Positions 31,245 through 39,743 of a stretch of 64,000 nucleotides of DNA are shown one piece after another. The position numbers were made by a program, and so were the translations under genes. Below the pieces are notes generated by a model that worked only from the letters and a program-made list of their open reading frames with translations, ran no database searches and was not told the origin of the DNA. This DNA is from Longimicrobiales bacterium (GTDB taxonomy: Bacteria; Gemmatimonadota; Gemmatimonadetes; Longimicrobiales; RSA9), in NCBI GenBank assembly GCA_036381495.1, contig DASVCS010000032.1, positions 10,448 to 74,447 of the forward strand. The letters run 5' to 3'. Positions within the stretch are counted from its first letter, which is position 1, and every line of letters begins with the position of its first letter.

Positions 31245-32474
31245 CTAGAAGAACTCCTTCAACCATGTGACCAGACGACCCACGGCCCCGTCACCGAAAC
31301 CCGCCGCCACTCCCGACTCCAGACCCCGCGCCGCGCCATACAGCGCGAGCCCCGTCGCCGTCGCGAACTTCGGCCGCTTCACCGAATCCGCCAGCCCCGT
31401 CAACTCCTCGCCCGGCACCCCGATCCGCACCGGCATGCCGAACACGTGCTGCGCCACCTCGACCGTCCCGTGCAGCGACGCGCCACCTCCCGTCAGCACG
31501 ACGCCGGCGCCCAGCTTCCCCGTCTCACCCGCGCTTTCGATCTCGCGCGCGACCAGCCCCAGGATCTCGTCCAGCCGCTGCTCGATGATGTGCGCGATCA
31601 GCTCGCGGGCCACCTGCCGCTGACTCCCCGGCCCCGGCGCCGGCACCTCGACCATCTCGCGAGGGTCCACGAGCCGCGCCGATGCGACGCCAAAACGCTC
31701 CTTCGAACGCTCCGCCTCCGCGTACGTGATCGAGAGACCCTTCGCCAGGTCGTTCGTCACCGTACTGCCGCCCCACGGGATCGTCGCGAGGTGCCGCATC
31801 TTCGCGTCGCGGAAGATCGCCAGCTCGGTCGTCGCGCCGCCCAGGTCGACCAGGGCGACTCCGACGTCCCTCTCGTCCTCCACGAGCACCGCCCTCGACG
31901 TCGCGAGCGGCTCGTGGACGAGCGCCTCGATCTTGTAGCCCGCGCGGGTCACCGCCTTGCGCATGTTCTGCGTCGCCGTGGCCGAACTGGTGATGATGTA
32001 GACCTCGGCTTCGAGCCGCATCCCGGCCATCCCCAGGGGATCGCGGATCCCGGACTGGTGATCGACGACGTATTCCTGCGGTAGCACGTGCAGCAGCTCA
32101 CGATCGGCGGGGACGACCACCGCGCGCGCCACCTCGTGCACGCGGCGCACGTCGCCCGCCCCGATCTCGTCGCCGCCGACGGCCACCACGCCCGTCGACG
32201 TCTTAGCGTGGATGTGCTCGCCCGCCACGCCCACGTACACGCGGTCCACGTGCGCGCCGGCCATCAGCTCGGCCTCCCGCATCGCCTTGCGCACCGACTC
32301 GGTGGTCTCCTCGATGTCGGTGACGACCTCGCGGCGCATACCGCCCGTCCGCGCCTGACCGACACCGAGGATCTTGAACACCGGCCGCCGCGGCGGGTCG
32401 CCGTCGATCGAGACGATCACGGCGCACGTCTTCGTGGAACCGATATCGAGCCCCGCAACGAGGTAGGGACGCAT
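31245..32474 (-). CDS. ftsA: Cell division protein FtsA
   Basis: Actin-like ATPase fold ([35 protein letters not shown]), located between ftsQ and ftsZ. Confidence 0.9.
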   Translation of the reverse strand: MRPYLVAGLDIGSTKTCAVIVSIDGDPPRRPVFKILGVGQARTGGMRREVVTDIEETTESVRKAMREAELMAGAHVDRVYVGVAGEHIHAKTSTGVVAVGGDEIGAGDVRRVHEVARAVVVPADRELLHVLPQEYVVDHQSGIRDPLGMAGMRLEAEVYIITSSATATQNMRKAVTRAGYKIEALVHEPLATSRAVLVEDERDVGVALVDLGGATTELAIFRDAKMRHLATIPWGGSTVTNDLAKGLSITYAEAERSKERFGVASARLVDPREMVEVPAPGPGSQRQVARELIAHIIEQRLDEILGLVAREIESAGETGKLGAGVVLTGGGASLHGTVEVAQHVFGMPVRIGVPGEELTGLADSVKRPKFATATGLALYGAARGLESGVAAGFGDGAVGRLVTWLKEFF

Positions 32475-32475
32475 G

Positions 32476-33225
32476 TCAGCCTTTGATGCCAGGAGTCAGC
32501 GAGACCACGACCTGGTCGCGGTACCGGACGTCGATGCGCCGGATGCGGTCCAGCTCCTCTCGCGCCGCCAGATCCGCGATCGTGAGTCGGAGCTGTTCGA
32601 GGCGCACGGCCCCGGGTTCACCGGGGAGCAGGACCTCCGACCCCGCGGGATCCCGCAGCACCAACCGCAGTGCGCCGCCGGCCGCCGGCGCGATCTCCGA
32701 GACGCGCGCAGCCAGTTCCGGCGCCCGCGTCCGCAGCCATGCCGCCGCCTTCACCATCGCCATAGCGACCGGGTCGCGCAACCGCCCGTCCGGCGCGACC
32801 TCCGCCTGTCCCCCGAGGACCGGCAGATCGATGTCGAACGCGGTGAGGTCGATCGGAAGCACGCGCCCCGCACCGTCCACCGCGCGCAGGACCGGCGTCC
32901 GCGCAAGCGCGACCGGCTCGACCTCCGTCACCGTGAGCACGAGCGTGCCGGGCAACTCGCGCTCGATTCGGACATCCGAGACGAGCGGGTGCGCCATCAG
33001 CGCCGCGCGCCACGGGGCCGGATCGTCGAAGACGTTCGACGCCCGCGTGATGCCGCTCAACGCCAGTGCCTCGTGCGGCGCCAGGTACCGCGTCCCCATC
33101 ACGCGGACGTGTTCGACGCGGAACGCGGGGATGTACCGCAGCAGCCGGGGCGCCTGCGCCGCGGCGGCCACGAGCCCCACGACCGCCGTCGCGATCGCGC
33201 ATCGCCGGAACGCCGCGCGCGTCAC
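32476..33225 (-). CDS. ftsQ: Cell division protein FtsQ
   Basis: GTG start overlapping the murC TGA (GTGA). It has a TM anchor followed by POTRA-like (FRVEHVRVMGTRYLAPHEAL) and FtsQ beta domains. Confidence 0.75.
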   Translation of the reverse strand: MTRAAFRRCAIATAVVGLVAAAAQAPRLLRYIPAFRVEHVRVMGTRYLAPHEALALSGITRASNVFDDPAPWRAALMAHPLVSDVRIERELPGTLVLTVTEVEPVALARTPVLRAVDGAGRVLPIDLTAFDIDLPVLGGQAEVAPDGRLRDPVAMAMVKAAAWLRTRAPELAARVSEIAPAAGGALRLVLRDPAGSEVLLPGEPGAVRLEQLRLTIADLAAREELDRIRRIDVRYRDQVVVSLTPGIKG

Positions 33226-34712
33226 TGGGCCGCCTCCCCGTGGCTCTCGGTCGCGCCGTCCGCCGCACCGTCGGTGCCGGCCAACCCGGTCAGGATCGCG
33301 CGGCCCGTCCCGTCGATGTCGCCGGCGCCCATGGTGATACAGACGTCGCCCGGACGCAACGCGACGAGGAGCGCTTCCGCGAGGGCGTCCCGGTCCGCGT
33401 GATAGTGGACCGCTCGTGCGCCGGCGCTGCGAGCGGACTCCGCGACCCGCTCCCCGGTGACGCCCGGCAGCGGTGCCTCTCGCGCCGGATACACGTCCGT
33501 CACCCACACCTCGTCGGCACGGGCGAGCGCCCGGCCGAACTCCGCCGCGAAGTCACGGGTCCGCGTGTAGAGATGCGGCTGGAACACGGCGACGAGCCGC
33601 GCGTCCGGGTACGCGGCCCGGGCCGCCGCCAGCGTGGCCTCGATCTCCGTCGGGTGGTGCGCGTAGTCGTCGATCACCAGGACGCCCGCCGCGCGGCCGA
33701 TCTCCTGGAACCGACGCGCCACGCCCGTGAAGGCGGCCAGCGCGCGCCGCGCCGCATCGAAGTCCGCCCCCATGTGCCGCGCCGCGGCCCATGCGCCCAG
33801 CGCGTTGCGTACATTGTGCACGCCCGGCACGGCGAGCACCAGCTCACCCAGTAGCGCGCCGCGTTCGCGAACGCGGAACCGCGCGCCCCGGCCACGCACC
33901 TCGACCGCCTCCGCACGCAGTTCCGCCGCGGGCGCCAGGCCGTAGCCCAGCACCCGCCGGCCGGCCGCTTCAGATTTTAGGCGCCGGGCGCCCGCGTCAT
34001 CGACGCAGACCGCGATCTGCCCCTCATCAGGCACCGGCGCCAGGAATTCACGAAATGCCTCTTCGACGGCGACGAGCGACCCGTAGATGTCGAGGTGGTC
34101 CGCCTCGATCGTGGTGACCACCGCCACCTCGGGCCGTAGCGTCAGGAAGGAGCGATCGTACTCATCGGCCTCGACCACGAACAGCGAATCCGAGCCGACG
34201 CGCAGTCCGCCGCCCCACTCCGCGACGCGGCCGCCCACGAAGCCGGTCGGATCCAGCCCTGCTTCCGCCAGGATCGACGTCGTCATTGCCGTTGTCGTCG
34301 TCTTGCCGTGTGTCCCCGCCACGGCCACCACCCGCCCCCGGTTGACCAGCGCACCCAGCGCCTGGGCCCGCTTCAGGACGGGGATCCCGCGCGCCCGCGC
34401 CGCGCTCAGCTCCGGGTGGTCCGGCGGCACCGCGGCCGTCGTGACCACCGCCACCGCGCCGGCCACGTGCGCCGCATCATGCCCCTGCGTCACCTCGGCG
34501 CCCAGCCGGCGCAGCGATTCGGCCACCTCGCCGGGGCGCGCGTCGCACCCGGTCACCCGGCCGCCGGACCGCAGGACGAGCTCGGCCAGCGCCGACATCC
34601 CCGCGCCGGAGATCCCGACGAAGTGCACGGCTCCGTTCCGGGCCAACTCCCGCAGGTCGAACTCCCGCGCGTCGCGCGCCGGCTGCCTGGCACCGCCCGG
34701 GCCGCGGCTCAT
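33222..34712 (-). CDS. murC: UDP-N-acetylmuramate--L-alanine ligase
   Basis: Mur ligase with GISGAGMSALAE and GTHGKTTTTAM motifs, in dcw position. Confidence 0.9.
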   Translation of the reverse strand: MSRGPGGARQPARDAREFDLRELARNGAVHFVGISGAGMSALAELVLRSGGRVTGCDARPGEVAESLRRLGAEVTQGHDAAHVAGAVAVVTTAAVPPDHPELSAARARGIPVLKRAQALGALVNRGRVVAVAGTHGKTTTTAMTTSILAEAGLDPTGFVGGRVAEWGGGLRVGSDSLFVVEADEYDRSFLTLRPEVAVVTTIEADHLDIYGSLVAVEEAFREFLAPVPDEGQIAVCVDDAGARRLKSEAAGRRVLGYGLAPAAELRAEAVEVRGRGARFRVRERGALLGELVLAVPGVHNVRNALGAWAAARHMGADFDAARRALAAFTGVARRFQEIGRAAGVLVIDDYAHHPTEIEATLAAARAAYPDARLVAVFQPHLYTRTRDFAAEFGRALARADEVWVTDVYPAREAPLPGVTGERVAESARSAGARAVHYHADRDALAEALLVALRPGDVCITMGAGDIDGTGRAILTGLAGTDGAADGATESHGEAAQ

Positions 34713-35842
34713 CCGTCCTCCTCGAGCAGTGCGGCAAGGCGCTCGGCCACTTCACGCGCGGCATCCGGCCGCGCACGCTCACGCGCCCGCGCCGCCATCG
34801 TCTCGCGCCGCGCGGCATCCCCCGCGAGTCCGCGGATCTCCGACCACAGCCGCTCCGGCGTCAGCTCCGCCTCCGGCACGTAGACGGCCGCACCGGCACG
34901 CGCCAGCGCCTGTGCATTGTGCGTCTGATGGTCGGCCGCCGCCGTGGGGAGCGGCACCAGGACGGCGGGGATCCCCCACGCCAGCAGCTCGGCCGTCGCC
35001 ATGGCGCCCGCCCGCGACAGCGCGAGGTCCGCCGCGGCCAGCGCCCGCGGCATCGCCTCGATGTAACCGAGCGTCCGGACCCAGCCGTCCACGCCGAGCG
35101 GCTCGAGCCGCTCCGCGATGCTCTCCAGGTGCGCCGGCCCCGTCGCCCACAGGATCTCGAGGCCCGCCGGCCGCGGCGGCAGCGCGCCCGCCGCCACCTG
35201 CGTGAGCGCCGCGACCAGCGCCTCGTTCACCGCGCGCGCACCCTGGCTGCCGCCCACGACCAGGACCACGACCGCCGCCGGATCCAGCCCGAAGTCGCTG
35301 CGACACGCCGCGCGGTCGAGGCGCGGGTCCGGCGGCCGGATCGGGTTGCCCAACGCGAACACCCGGGTCCGCCGCCCCGGCCGCAGGTACGCCTCCGCCT
35401 CCGGAAACCCCAGATGGATCTGGCGCGCCCAGCGAGCCAGCCAGCGCGTGGTCAGCCCGGGATACGAGTTCTGCTCCTGGAGCGCCAGCGGCACGCCGCG
35501 CAGCAGCGCCCACGCGCCCGCCGGCCCGCTCGCGTAACCGCCCGTCCCCACCACCAACCGCGGCCGGAACCGCCGGAACAGTCGCGACAGCCCCCGCCAG
35601 CTCCCGATTGCCGACGGGATCAGCCGCCAGTTCCGCCAGACCCGGCTCCGGCGGATCGGCTCGAGCGGGAGTAGCGTGTGCGGCCGCCCCTCGGCCGGGA
35701 GCACGCGCGCCTCGACGCCCCGCCGCGCGCCCACGAAGTGGATCGCCACGCCCGGCCGGACCGCCTCGAGCGCGCCCGCCAGCGCCAGCGCCGGATACAG
35801 ATGGCCGCCGGTCCCGCCGCCCGCGAAGATCACGCGACTCAC
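34709..35842 (-). CDS. murG: Undecaprenyldiphospho-muramoylpentapeptide beta-N-acetylglucosaminyltransferase
   Basis: GTG start overlapping the ftsW TGA. N-terminal FAGGGTGGHLYPALA and a C-terminal GT28 domain. The upstream part of the 770-aa ORF is ftsW read out of frame. Confidence 0.9.
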   Translation of the reverse strand: MSRVIFAGGGTGGHLYPALALAGALEAVRPGVAIHFVGARRGVEARVLPAEGRPHTLLPLEPIRRSRVWRNWRLIPSAIGSWRGLSRLFRRFRPRLVVGTGGYASGPAGAWALLRGVPLALQEQNSYPGLTTRWLARWARQIHLGFPEAEAYLRPGRRTRVFALGNPIRPPDPRLDRAACRSDFGLDPAAVVVLVVGGSQGARAVNEALVAALTQVAAGALPPRPAGLEILWATGPAHLESIAERLEPLGVDGWVRTLGYIEAMPRALAAADLALSRAGAMATAELLAWGIPAVLVPLPTAAADHQTHNAQALARAGAAVYVPEAELTPERLWSEIRGLAGDAARRETMAARARERARPDAAREVAERLAALLEEDG

Positions 35843-37053
35843 CCGCCCCCCCCCGCCGCCGTGGCGCTTCCCGATGCCGCGGCCGCACCCGCCCGCGCAA
35901 TGCTCAGCAGCACGCCGACCGCGGCCAGACACACCAGCAGACTCGACCGGCCGTACGAGATGAACGGCAGCGTCACGCCCGTCGTCGGAACCAGCGCCAG
36001 GTTCACCGCCATGTGCAACAGCGCCTGCACCACGATCAGATTCGTGAGTCCCACCGCCAGCAGGCAGCCGAACAGGTCCGGCGCCTGCCGCGCCACCCGG
36101 TAGCCGACCAGCGCGAACGTCGCGAAGAGCGTCACCAACGCGAGCACGCCCAGAAAGCCCCACTCCTCCCCGATGATCGCGAAGATGAAATCGTTGTGCG
36201 GCTCCGGCAGGAAGCCGAACTTCTGCTCGCCTCGGCCGAATCCGCGCCCGAGCACGCCGCCGCTTCCGACCGCGATCAACGCCTGGTTGATCTGGTAGCT
36301 CATCCCCGCCGGGTCCTGAGTCGGATCGAGGAACGCGACGACCCGGCGCATCCGGTACGCCACCGCCTCGACCTGCCCCCAGAGTACGGGCAATCCCACG
36401 ACCGCGAGCACCAGGAAGTGCCCGATTCGCGCGCCGGCCGCGAACACCACCAGCGCCGCGAGCAGCAGCACCAGCAGCGCGCTCGACAGACTCGGCTGCA
36501 ACACGATCAGCCCGTCCACCGCCGCCCACACCACGAGGAACGGCAGCAACCCGCGGCTCAGACTCGACAGCCGCTCCTGCTTCTTCACCGCCAGCGCCGC
36601 CGTCCACACCACGAGCGACAGCTTCGCGAATTCCGACGGCTGCAACGCCAGTGGCCCGAGCATCAACCAGCGGCGCGCGCCGTTGATCTCCGGCGCGATC
36701 GCGTGTGTCACGGGCAACACCACGATCACCAGCAGCAGCGCCGTCCCGCCCAGCAGCGGCCAGGCGAGCCGCCGCAGCCAGCGGTAGTCCACCCGCGCCA
36801 GCACCGCCAGCGCGACCAACCCCAGCGCCCCGCCCGCCGCCTGGCGCACCACGAAGTAGTAATCCTCGAGCCCTCCCGTCTGCGCCATCACCGCGCTCGC
36901 GCTGTAGACCATGACCAGCCCGAACGAGAGCAACGCCACCGTCAGGCCCAGGAGCGCCGGCCCCTCCCAGCCGATCCCCAGCCGCGATGCGGGCCGTCCC
37001 GCTTCCGCGACCTCCCGCCACGACGCCACCGCCATCGGACCGCCGCTATCCAT
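35839..37053 (-). CDS. ftsW: Lipid II flippase / SEDS glycosyltransferase FtsW
   Basis: About 10 TM segments and SEDS motifs (QPSEFAKL, PEPHNDFIFAIIGEE, LPFISYGRSS). Start chosen at the ATG overlapping the murD 3' end; the start is uncertain. Confidence 0.85.
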   Translation of the reverse strand: MDSGGPMAVASWREVAEAGRPASRLGIGWEGPALLGLTVALLSFGLVMVYSASAVMAQTGGLEDYYFVVRQAAGGALGLVALAVLARVDYRWLRRLAWPLLGGTALLLVIVVLPVTHAIAPEINGARRWLMLGPLALQPSEFAKLSLVVWTAALAVKKQERLSSLSRGLLPFLVVWAAVDGLIVLQPSLSSALLVLLLAALVVFAAGARIGHFLVLAVVGLPVLWGQVEAVAYRMRRVVAFLDPTQDPAGMSYQINQALIAVGSGGVLGRGFGRGEQKFGFLPEPHNDFIFAIIGEEWGFLGVLALVTLFATFALVGYRVARQAPDLFGCLLAVGLTNLIVVQALLHMAVNLALVPTTGVTLPFISYGRSSLLVCLAAVGVLLSIARAGAAAASGSATAAGGGG

Positions 37054-38419
37054 GCGCCTCATCCCCACGGGCCAGCGCCGTGAACCGGCGCCCCCGCTCC
37101 TCGTAGTCCCGGAACATGTCGAAGCTCGCGCACGCCGGAGAGAGCAGCACCACGTCGCCGGGCTCCGCCAACGCCGCCGCGCGCGCCACCACCGCCTCGA
37201 ATCCGCCATCCACGCGCTCGACCCGGATCTGGGCACCGAGGTCCGACACCACCTGTGCCGCCGCCTCGCCGTACGCGATCACCACCTTCACCGCAGAACG
37301 CAGCTCCGGCAGCAACCCCGTGTACGGCTCTCCCTTGTGCCGCCCTCCCAGCAACAACACGGTCGGACGCGTCATGCTCCGCAACGCCACCCGCGTCGAG
37401 GCGAGGTTCGTCGCCTTCGAGTCGTTGATCCAGAGCACGCCATCTCGCTCCGCGACCGGCTCGAGGCGGTGCGCCAGCGCACGGAAGCTCCGCAGACCCT
37501 CGCGCACCGCATCCACGCTCGCCCCCGCCGCGACCGCCGCGACCGCGGCCGCCAGCGCGTTCGCCCGGTTGTGCGCGCCCAGAAGCTGCAACTCGTCCGC
37601 ACCCACCAGCGCGACGTCGGCGCCGCCGAGCCGCAACCTCAACTCGCCCGTCTCCGCCACGTACCCGCCCTCCTCGCCCGCAGCCGGCTCGCCGTTCACC
37701 CGGAACAGGTAGCGGCGCCCCGGCGCGACCCCAGCCAGCGCCACCGCCTCCGGTTGCTCGCCGTTCAGCACCCATACGCTCTCCGCCGTCGCGTTCTCGA
37801 ACACCCGCGCCTTGTCCCCGTAATACGCCGCCACCGACGGGTACCGGTCCAGGTGGTCCGGCGAGAGGTTCGTCAACACGCCGATCCGCGGCGCGAACGT
37901 GTCGATGTCCGCGAGCTGGAACGAACTCGCCTCGACCACCACCCAGTCCGGCGGCGGCTCGCGCAGCGCCACCTCCGAGAGCGCCAGCCCGATGTTCCCC
38001 GCCGCCGGCGCGGACAGCCCCGCCGCCTCGAGCAGGTGCGACGCGAGCGCCGTCGTCGTCGTCTTGCCGTTCGTCCCCGTCACCGCAACGACCGGGCAGC
38101 GCAGCCGCCGGAACGCGAACTCGAGCTCGGAGACCCGCGGCAGTGCCCGGATCCTCGGCTCCTCGAGCACCGCCGCCGTCGGCGGGATCCCCGGACTCAC
38201 CACCAGCAGGTCGCACGCGGCCAGCGAGTCCACCGAGTGCCCACCCACCTCCGCCTCGCCGCCGGCGCGCCGCACCGCCTCCGCTGCCGCCCGCAGCTCG
38301 GGCGAGTCCCCGGCATCGGACGCGAAAACACGCTCACCCGCCGCGAGCGCCAGCTCCGCCGCCGCCCGCCCACTCCGCGCGAGCCCCAGCACGCCGATCC
38401 GCCGCGCATCGCCGCTCAC
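37046..38419 (-). CDS. murD: UDP-N-acetylmuramoylalanine--D-glutamate ligase
   Basis: Mur ligase (GLARSGRAAA, GTNGKTTTTAL), GTG start, in dcw position. Confidence 0.9.
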   Translation of the reverse strand: MSGDARRIGVLGLARSGRAAAELALAAGERVFASDAGDSPELRAAAEAVRRAGGEAEVGGHSVDSLAACDLLVVSPGIPPTAAVLEEPRIRALPRVSELEFAFRRLRCPVVAVTGTNGKTTTTALASHLLEAAGLSAPAAGNIGLALSEVALREPPPDWVVVEASSFQLADIDTFAPRIGVLTNLSPDHLDRYPSVAAYYGDKARVFENATAESVWVLNGEQPEAVALAGVAPGRRYLFRVNGEPAAGEEGGYVAETGELRLRLGGADVALVGADELQLLGAHNRANALAAAVAAVAAGASVDAVREGLRSFRALAHRLEPVAERDGVLWINDSKATNLASTRVALRSMTRPTVLLLGGRHKGEPYTGLLPELRSAVKVVIAYGEAAAQVVSDLGAQIRVERVDGGFEAVVARAAALAEPGDVVLLSPACASFDMFRDYEERGRRFTALARGDEAHG

Positions 38420-38637
38420 CCGCGGCCCCCTCCGCTCGCCGCGCTCCCCACTCCCGCGACCACGGCACGGCCGCCCGCCGGGGTCCCGCCCGCCGCACCG
38501 CCGTCCGTCCCACGGCCGTCGGTCACGTCGGCACCCCCGGCATCGCCGCCCGTCCCACGGCGACCCATCACGGCGCGGCGCGCACGCGCCCGCGTTCGGC
38601 CACCCGGCCCCCGCCGGACCACCGAAGCCCGCCTCAT
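38416..38637 (-). CDS. Putative 73-aa Gly/Arg-rich small ORF between mraY and murD
   Basis: ATG overlaps the mraY TGA (ATGA) and its TGA overlaps the murD GTG (GTGA). Third-position G/C is high. The sequence is low complexity (MRRASVVRRGPGGRTRARARR...GRGTDGGAAGG...) with no homology recognised. It could be non-coding spacer. Confidence 0.25.
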   Translation of the reverse strand: MRRASVVRRGPGGRTRARARRAVMGRRGTGGDAGGADVTDGRGTDGGAAGGTPAGGRAVVAGVGSAASGGGRG

Positions 38638-39740
38638 CGGATCTTCAGCGTGCTGAAGGCCAGCAGCGTGAACAGGATCCCCAGGATCCAGAACCGGATG
38701 ATCACCTTGCTCTCCGGCCAGCCACTTTTCTCGAAGTGGTGATGGAGCGGCGCCATCCGGAAGATCCGCTGACCGCGACCGTCGCGCCGCGCCGTGTACT
38801 TGAAGTACCCGACCTGAAGGATCACCGAGAGCGCTTCCAGGACGAAGACGCCGCCCACGATCACGAGCAGGAACTCCGCCTTCAGCAGCACCGCCACCGC
38901 GCCGATCGCGCCGCCGATCGCCAGCGAGCCGGTGTCTCCCATGAACACCTCCGCCGGGTGCGCGTTGAACCAGAGAAAACCCAGCGCCGCACCGGTCAGC
39001 GCCACACAGAAGACCGACAGCTCGCCCGACCCCGGGAGATAGAACAATCCGAGGTACTTCGACGTGTCCACCCGCCCGATCAGGTACGCGAAGACCGCGA
39101 ACGTCGCCGCCGCGATCGCCGACAGCCCCGCCGCCAGGCCATCCAGCCCATCGCTCAGGTTGACCGCGTTCGAGCTCCCCATCAACACCACGGTCACCCA
39201 CGGAAAGAACACGGCGCCCCAGATCGCCAGGTGGTGATCCGCGAAGAACGGGACCCCCGTCCAGTTCGCCGGGACCGGACTGATCGGGAAGAACCACAGA
39301 AAGAACGCCACGCCCAGACCGAGCGCCCCCTGGCCGATGAGCTTGTAGCGGCCGACCAGCCCCTCGGTCCGCCGCCGCACCACCTTCAGGTAGTCGTCCA
39401 CGAAGCCGAGAACGCCCATCCCCACGAGCACGACGAGCGCGATGATCGTGTACGGATTCGTCAGCTCCGCCCACAGCAACGTCGCCGTCACCGTCGCCAC
39501 GAGGATCAGCACGCCCCCCATGGTGGGCGTGCCCGCCTTGCTCAGATGCGTGGCGGGGCCGTCCTCCCGCACCACCTGACCCACGCGCAGCGTCCGTAGC
39601 CATCGGATGATCGATGGGCCGAGCAGGAACGACAGCACCAGCGCCGTCACCATGGCGCCCGCCGCCCGGAACGTGATGTACCGGAATAGATTGAAGAAGA
39701 TATGGTGTTCCGCCAGCGGATACAACAGGTGATAGAGCAC
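38634..39740 (-). CDS. mraY: Phospho-N-acetylmuramoyl-pentapeptide transferase
   Basis: 368 aa, 10 TM segments, MraY motifs (PTMGG, NAVNLSDGLDGLA, GDTGSLAIGG, HHHFE). Confidence 0.95.
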   Translation of the reverse strand: MLYHLLYPLAEHHIFFNLFRYITFRAAGAMVTALVLSFLLGPSIIRWLRTLRVGQVVREDGPATHLSKAGTPTMGGVLILVATVTATLLWAELTNPYTIIALVVLVGMGVLGFVDDYLKVVRRRTEGLVGRYKLIGQGALGLGVAFFLWFFPISPVPANWTGVPFFADHHLAIWGAVFFPWVTVVLMGSSNAVNLSDGLDGLAAGLSAIAAATFAVFAYLIGRVDTSKYLGLFYLPGSGELSVFCVALTGAALGFLWFNAHPAEVFMGDTGSLAIGGAIGAVAVLLKAEFLLVIVGGVFVLEALSVILQVGYFKYTARRDGRGQRIFRMAPLHHHFEKSGWPESKVIIRFWILGILFTLLAFSTLKIR

Positions 39741-39743
39741 CCG

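Noticed and set aside
34709-37021. 770-aa ORF that looks like a giant MurG fusion.
   Set aside because: Only the last 377 codons are MurG, starting at a GTG that overlaps the ftsW stop. The upstream half is ftsW read in another frame and has no protein-like features.
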